64,000 nt of DNA from Rhynchopus sp. YZ270_cl-10. Its lineage: Eukaryota. Location of the stretch: assembly GCA_964035575.1 (NCBI GenBank), contig OZ037847.1, forward strand, positions 434,001-498,000, in the 5' to 3' direction. Positions 57,855-64,000 of this stretch are shown piece after piece (position 1 is the stretch's first letter; every line of letters starts with the position of its first letter). A program made the position numbers and the translations under genes. The notes below the pieces were generated by a model. It saw only the letters and a program-made list of their open reading frames with translations. It was not told the origin of the DNA and ran no database searches.

Positions 57855-59743
57855 CTATGTCTCACGCTTCGACACAAGGAAGTACTTGGCTTGGCGCTTG
57901 GGCTTCCTTCTCTTCAACGCTGTCTGTGCCGGGATTATGCTTCTCTTCTGGAAGGCCTCGTAACGGAGCTTGATCGGATCCCTCATGCTTGCTGTCACGC
58001 GTCCTTGCCCTCTGTGGTAGTTGGAAGCAATGTGGTAGCGTGTGTGATTAGAGAGAGAAAAATATTTGAACGATGTTGTGCAAACATCTCACCGTTCATC
58101 GGCGGACGCCAAAAAAAAAAATTGTAAGAATTATTGAGAGTCTTTTTCGAGGGATGTGTTCCCAACTCCCCCCATCCCCTCCCCTCTTTTGTACAAACCT
58201 CATCGACGCAACAATGTCGTCAGACGTCTGCAGGTCCATTGCCGGTGCCTTGTACCGTTTGCGGCCCACACGGAGACTCTCTTTGTTCTTGGCAAGGTCG
58301 CGTCTGACCTTGTTCTTTGCAATGCCCTTTTCTTTCTCAGCGGTGATTTCCTGTGTAGTGTTTTGATATTGTACATAGAGCGTTGTGGAATATGATATGA
58401 GTGTCCTGGGCGTTCTGTTTGGTTTAATTATTTATTTGTTTTCTACCATTCAGTACGGTGGCAACTCAATGGAGACGAGAAGAAGGTGTATTCATATGCT
58501 TTTGATTCAGGGACAGAAAGCGTGTAAGAAGGGTGGTGTACACACTCCTTTCTTTCTGGGTTTTATGCGAAATGGTAAGTAAACACTAAAACATACCTCA
58601 AGCAGAGCGTCAATCCGGTCCGCATCCCTCACAACTTTGTTTGCCTGCTTTTTACGATTCTGTGTGGTGGTGTTTTTGGTTGTAATGAACGATTGTCTTT
58701 TACGAGTTTGCGCAGCTTTTTTGTTTGCCTCATTTTTCCCCATACCAACAGCTCTGCCTCGACAATCAATCGTTTGGTTCTATTTCTCTGCACTCTCGTC
58801 TTTCTTTTCGTCGATGTGTGCTCCCCTGCTTCCTGTGTGGTTGTTGTTGTTATTATTACTTTTTGCTATCCATTTACTTGAAATACAAAACCCTCTCGTG
58901 AAGAGAGCACCTCGGCACATGACCGGTGGACCAGGTGTGGTCCCCCAACCATGCAGTCCTACATCCATTTTCGCACATTTAAAAGAGTAGCATCGGTCAA
59001 ACAGACATCATTCTAAAATATTTAAAACATACCCCTGTGATTGTCTCCTGCCAATCGGTGCCTGCGAAGTCGTCTCCCTTGACACCCTTCTTGACTGCGA
59101 AGTCTACTCTCGCTCGCAGGACGTTGTTCGCTAGGAGGGCCTCCTTTCTGAGGAGCTTGGCCTCTGCTGCAGCGACTGCAGCGGCGTGGTCCTGGGGGAC
59201 AGGGTTGTAGGACTGCGCGCTGTCCGGGATGACGTTCGCCCTGCGGAGGGCCTCGGTCTTCTCTATTCTCTCCTGCTTCCCGCCACCGTGCTTCTTGTTG
59301 TTCGGACGCACAGAGTCCGGCCCCTCTGCACCCCACAGATCAAGCATCTGCTGCTCCGTCACATCTGCCTCAATCTCAGTGCGTTTCCGTTTTTTCGAAT
59401 CCGGGTCCACCAAGGCCTTGCGCTTTCCCATTGTTTGTGTAGCTGTGTTTTCAGCCTTGACAGGTGCGTTAAAACGGCTTTTTGCCACCCCTGGGAACTG
59501 AGCCCAAAGAGGAAGCGCTTTTGTTGTCTCTCTCGGGTGAGTTTTGGGGTAACCTGAGGCAAGAGTTCCGTTCGCTTGTGCTGTTTTTAGTTGCAAAGCG
59601 TACTCCCCTTGACCACACCCGAAGATGTTATCCTCAACCTCACCAACCAAAAAGTCTGTAAAACGGTTCAACGTCCTCCAAGTGCTGGAGAGACGAAGGT
59701 ACTCTTCCTTGCTAGGCTCAGTCCCCTTTTTCGCCCTCAGCAT
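57855..59743 (-). CDS. NOP53: Ribosome biogenesis protein NOP53 (GLTSCR2), multi-exon
   Basis: DLW and SYNPVPQDH in exon 1. Later exons give RKTRVQRNR, RVGRKRYK...DLQTSDDI and RYEAFQKRSIIP, with the stop at 57855. Confidence 0.85.
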
Positions 59744-60262
59744 CCACAAGAAAGGGGGAAAGAGAGAGAGAGAGAGAAAGGGAGGGTTGTTAGTGTTCTT
59801 CAACAGAGGGTGGCAATGGAGGGAGGGGTGCGTGGGGGGAGGTGAGGATGTTGTGTTACAACAAAGATCAAGAAGCGACTTTTTTTTTCCCCCCAAAAAA
59901 AATACTAGGACGCAAAGAAGTCCAGGGGAATGGGGGATGGGGGATGTGGGGGAGATGCACAAAAAAATATAACTCTTCTCTAAGTGCTGAGGCGGAACAA
60001 TATAAAACGTTGCAAAAAAAACCACCCCCCCTTTGTTACCCCTTTTACAGCACACACCTTTTCTTTTGCAACTCTCAACTAACTGGTTTATGCGTTTTTT
60101 TTAAATACAAAAATTTTTTTTTAATGTGTCCCATCCCAATCCCATCCCCCCATCACAGCAGAGAATAAGACACGGGGTCCCGGGACCGGGACCGGGAATT
60201 GACCTGGACCGGGACCGGGAACCCAGCTTATTTTCTGCTGTACCCCCCATCCGACCCTTTTT

Positions 60263-60991
60263 CTATATTGTATTCAACCAATTATGCAAGGAAGTTGCAA
60301 CAGATGCAGGTTCTTCAATGTGCGCCATGTGTCCTGTCTTTTGGAGCACACATAGGGTTCCATTTTGCGAGAGCTTATGAATATTTTCGGAGATGAGGGC
60401 AGGCAGGAGGGCGTCGTCGCTGCCTGCACAGAGCCAGACGGGGAGTTCTGTTTGTTTGAGGAATGCTGTTGAGTCGCCACGCGACATGGACACATGCTGT
60501 TGGTCTATGAACGCATCGGTCCCCAACTCCACCGCCATTTCCTCGAGAAGCGGGCCCAGCCTGTCGTGGCTGTCGGAATAGAGCAGCAACGTCTTCTGCA
60601 ACGACACTACCCGCTCCACTCCCCCTTTCCGCGCAATGTCAATAAGCTTGTTGCGGATTTCAACGGTCTTCGGGTGGTCCGGTTTAATCTGAGAGTTGAC
60701 CAACCCCAACCCAACAACCTCGGAGTTGCGCTTTGCAAGCTCCAACGCTATGTAGCCACCATAGGAGTGCCCCACCACAACCGTGTTCGTGAGGGAGTGC
60801 TTTTCCTTGACCAGAGCCGCTGCCTCCACGACACACTGCACACCATGCACAGGTTCGGTGGACTGCAAAACCAGCCCCTCCTTCCCCTCAATCTTCGGCA
60901 GCCGTTCGAACTGTTCAATCACACTGTCCCAGACCTTCGCGGTGCTCAGTGCACCAGGGACGAACAGAACTCGGTCGATTCGCCGTAACAT
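60263..60991 (-). CDS. Alpha/beta hydrolase
   Basis: GHSYGG nucleophile elbow, GSDD acid and GHMAHIEEP catalytic His. Confidence 0.92.
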   Translation of the reverse strand: MLRRIDRVLFVPGALSTAKVWDSVIEQFERLPKIEGKEGLVLQSTEPVHGVQCVVEAAALVKEKHSLTNTVVVGHSYGGYIALELAKRNSEVVGLGLVNSQIKPDHPKTVEIRNKLIDIARKGGVERVVSLQKTLLLYSDSHDRLGPLLEEMAVELGTDAFIDQQHVSMSRGDSTAFLKQTELPVWLCAGSDDALLPALISENIHKLSQNGTLCVLQKTGHMAHIEEPASVATSLHNWLNTI

Positions 60992-61495
60992 TTTGTGTAT
61001 AATTCCCCTAGATTTGAAGAAAGGTTGGATTTTACCCCCACCTTAAGGCACACCAGAGTTACAACTCCTCAACAAAGCACCCAGAATCGGTGGGAAATAC
61101 ATTTGCAAGGAACACAGCGTATGCAAGGAATAGGACAATGTCTTCTTTGGTATAAGTCTTCTTGTAGATATGAGGAGAGCGGGGGAGATGGGGGAGATGG
61201 GGGAGATCGGGGAGATGGTATTAACAAAAAAGACGCTTTTTTTTGTGTATCTTGTTATAGAAAGAAGGGAGAAGAGAGGGGGCTGTTCCCGGGGGAATAG
61301 AAAAAAAAAATGTGGAAAAATGTGACGGAAGTTTTGCTATTAAAAATGGTGGCGGGGGCAAGTTGGAGGGGGGGGTTTTCTTTTGTACAGAGCGATTGCC
61401 CAACCCAAAGCCCTTTGTTTTCTTTCCCTTCTTTGTGTAGTTATTTGTATTTGTCTTTTTTTTTTTTTGTAAAAAAAACCCCCCCTTTCCCCCCC

Positions 61496-63307
61496 CTACA
61501 GAGGTGAAAACGAACTGTTTACCTTGTCGCAACGTGCTCGCAACTTGGTAGCTTGTTCGTCAGTGTTTCGATCAATTTCCCTTGCTCGGCATATGTTATG
61601 CCATTCTTGGTCCGATATCTTGAGTGTATGCGACTGTGAAGTATTGTGGTATCGATATTGAAAGAACACAACAAAAATCCCATACCTGATCCTCGTTGGC
61701 ACCACCACCACCACCGCCACCACCTCTGGCGCGCCCTTCACCGCCTTCTGGTGATGTGAGATCATCATGGTGGTATTTCTCGAAGCTTTCATTGCTGTAG
61801 CAGTCGCATGGGGAGAGTTCGTCTGCCTTCTCAAAATCGTCGAGGGAGTATCCATCCTCCTCACTGTCATCTGCAGAGGAGGACGAGCTGACTACCGTCG
61901 TCGACATTGTTGTGTTGTGCTTGCTCGACGCGTCCCCCGTGTTCAACGTCTTCCCACTCTCCGACTTACGCTCCTTTTTCTCCTTCTTCTCCTTCTTCCG
62001 CTTCCCCGAGCCGGGCCTCCGTTTTTTATCCTTTTCCTTCCGTTTCTTGACACGCTTTGAATCAGACTCACTGTCCTCTTCAATATCGTTTGTCCCCCGA
62101 AAATGAATATTCTGTGGTGAAGGTGTCCCAGAACTCACCTTATTGTCCTCTTCTACAAGCAAACACCGTTGCGATGGGAGCAGGTGGATTTCGAGCTCCG
62201 GGGAACGCAGGCTGGACTTCCCCCCTCCGGAGGCCTTCTTCTTCCGCTCAGAGGCCCCGAGGGAGCGACGCCGTTCTCGGGGCGAGGATGTGCTGGGGCT
62301 TTGCTCGCGGGATTTGTCACCACCACCTGAGGCCCCTTTTTTCAGACCATTCTGCCACTGTGCGTACACCCCCTCCACATCATCGTCCTGAAGCCCTTCG
62401 AGGGAAGGTGCAGGAAGTGATGTTGGGGTGACTCCAGTGAAGAAGTCATCGATAATCTGTGTAATGCTTGCACGCTGCGCGGTGTCGACAACAAGCATGC
62501 GCGCCACCATGGCAGCAAGCTTGCTGTATCTTTTGTGCAGTGGGGTGTAGACACCTTCGGTCACCCTTTTGACGACAGCCAATATGTTGCTACCTACAAA
62601 TGGTTTTTCTAAGGCTGCTAACTCGTACAGAACGCATCCAGCACTCCAGACGTCCGCGCTGTTGGTGTAGGAACGGTTCTCGCAGATCTCTGGCGCAATG
62701 TAGAATGGCGTGCCGATGACGGTCTGCGCAACAGAGGTGGCAGAGACAAGCTTGCTGATGCCGAAGTCGGCAATGCGGAGGGTGTTGTTAGCTGTGGTAT
62801 CAAAGCGTTGAAAATGTGTTCAAAAAAAAATCTCATACCAGTCAAAAAGATATTCGCAGGCTTCAAATCTCTGTGAATAATCCCGATGCTGTGTATATAC
62901 TTCATCCCCTGCGCCAGTTGGAACGCCCAAAACGCGATTTCATTTTGTTTGAAATGTGAGTTCGCGGCTTTGCAGGTTTCAATGCGTTTAGAGAGGTCGC
63001 CCTGCGAGCAGTGCTCCATCACGATATTGAGGAAGCCATCCGCATCAACAAAGTGATCCGTATACGAGATGATGTTGAAGTGGTTCAACAGAGAGAGAAT
63101 CTGCACCTCGTTGATCGCCCCACGCATTTCCTCCTCAGGCAGGTCTGCCACATGCACCCGCTTCACTACATGCACACCTTCCATCCCACCCTTCTCAGGG
63201 TTCCCCTCTGCCAAGTACACCTGCCCATAAGATCCTGCCCCCACCGTCTGCAACTTCGAATATCTAGTCCATGTCGCAGGAATAACAGGAACCGGGTCAT
63301 TCCCCAT
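61496..63307 (-). CDS. NIMA-related (NEK) Ser/Thr kinase, multi-exon; 3' end uncertain
   Basis: GAGSYG, LNIVMEHCSQGDL, HRDLKPANIFL; a 47-nt intron at 62838-62792 restores IADFG, GTPFYIAPE and DVWSAGC. A further donor lies at 61685. Confidence 0.92.
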
Positions 63308-63858
63308 CTCAAATCAATTAATGGAACCCCCCAATGTGTTATAAGCACCGCTTCATTTCACATAAAAAAATTTTTTTTTGTGAGTGGAAACTGTCTGGTG
63401 GAAAAGGGTGGGGTGTGGGTGTAGGAAATAGTCAAAAAATGTTGGGGTAGATTTTTTTTTCTTTTATGAGGGGGGGGGCAGGGTTTACGCCTAAAACGCT
63501 GGCCCAACGAAATGATTGATGTAGACGAGCCTAAAAAAGGATGAAAAAAGGGGGCTGATAAGGGGGGGAGAAAGCCCCTTTTCTCATCGGGCCTATATGT
63601 TCTACTAACCCAGTGCTAGCGGTTAATTCTTCGTGGGTTTGGAGGGGGGTTTTCGTGCTCTTTTGGCACACTTTTTTTATAACGACGCAGAGAAGTAGTC
63701 AGCTCCAGAAGCCCCAGGCAGGGGGTTAGTAAAACCGCAAACACAGCGTTTTGGGGTTTTTTTTGGTATTCTGGTGCAGATTGGTGCATAGTCTGTGTTG
63801 CAAAGAGGTAAACAGGTGGTGGCAGTGCCACAGCCCACCTCTCTACTAGAGCAGATGT

Positions 63859-64000
63859 CTATGAACGGGGCTTCTCCTTCTTCTCACGGTACAGAGCGAA
63901 GAGACCAACTCCCGACACCTTGCTGATCTTGAAACGCACTCCGGGAATGTCACCGACAGCGTGGCCGGAACGACCGAGACCCGCGACCAGCACCTCGTCG
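63859..64000 (-). CDS. RPS23: 40S ribosomal protein S23 (uS12), 3' part
   Basis: [46 protein letters not shown]. Confidence 0.97.
   Translation of the reverse strand, partial: DEVLVAGLGRSGHAVGDIPGVRFKISKVSGVGLFALYREKKEKPRS

Noticed and set aside
60176..60220. (GGGACC)n-like short repeat
   Set aside because: It is a short degenerate microsatellite with no associated structure.
19205..63307. Non-canonical introns or stop-codon reassignment
   Set aside because: Every frame break examined was resolved by an ordinary GT-AG intron or lay within decayed TE sequence.

Overview
Eukaryotic nuclear DNA, most likely from a euglenozoan protist, probably a diplonemid. This is an inference from short canonical GT-AG introns with C/A-rich ...CAG acceptors, all host genes lying head-to-tail on the minus strand, and ubiquitin-like-fusion genes. 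About 20 host genes are visible: a double-flavoprotein oxidase, a TTLL glutamylase, HAUS1-like, an HMG-box protein, tandem Zn/LRR/TPR/HMG paralogs, ankyrin, Ubl-DUF4116, IQ-motif, NOP53, an alpha/beta hydrolase, a NEK kinase and RPS23. The window holds many DNA transposons: an intact pogo element, an intact hAT element, hAT MITEs, and a deeply nested cluster at 25.2-39.3 kb with 6-bp-TSD MITEs and several Crypton-like (tyrosine recombinase) derivatives. The least explained signal is four families of 35-55 nt hairpin motifs scattered through many intergenic regions and an intron, all in one orientation relative to transcription. Exon structures were read by eye and family assignments come from recalled motifs; no database searches were run.
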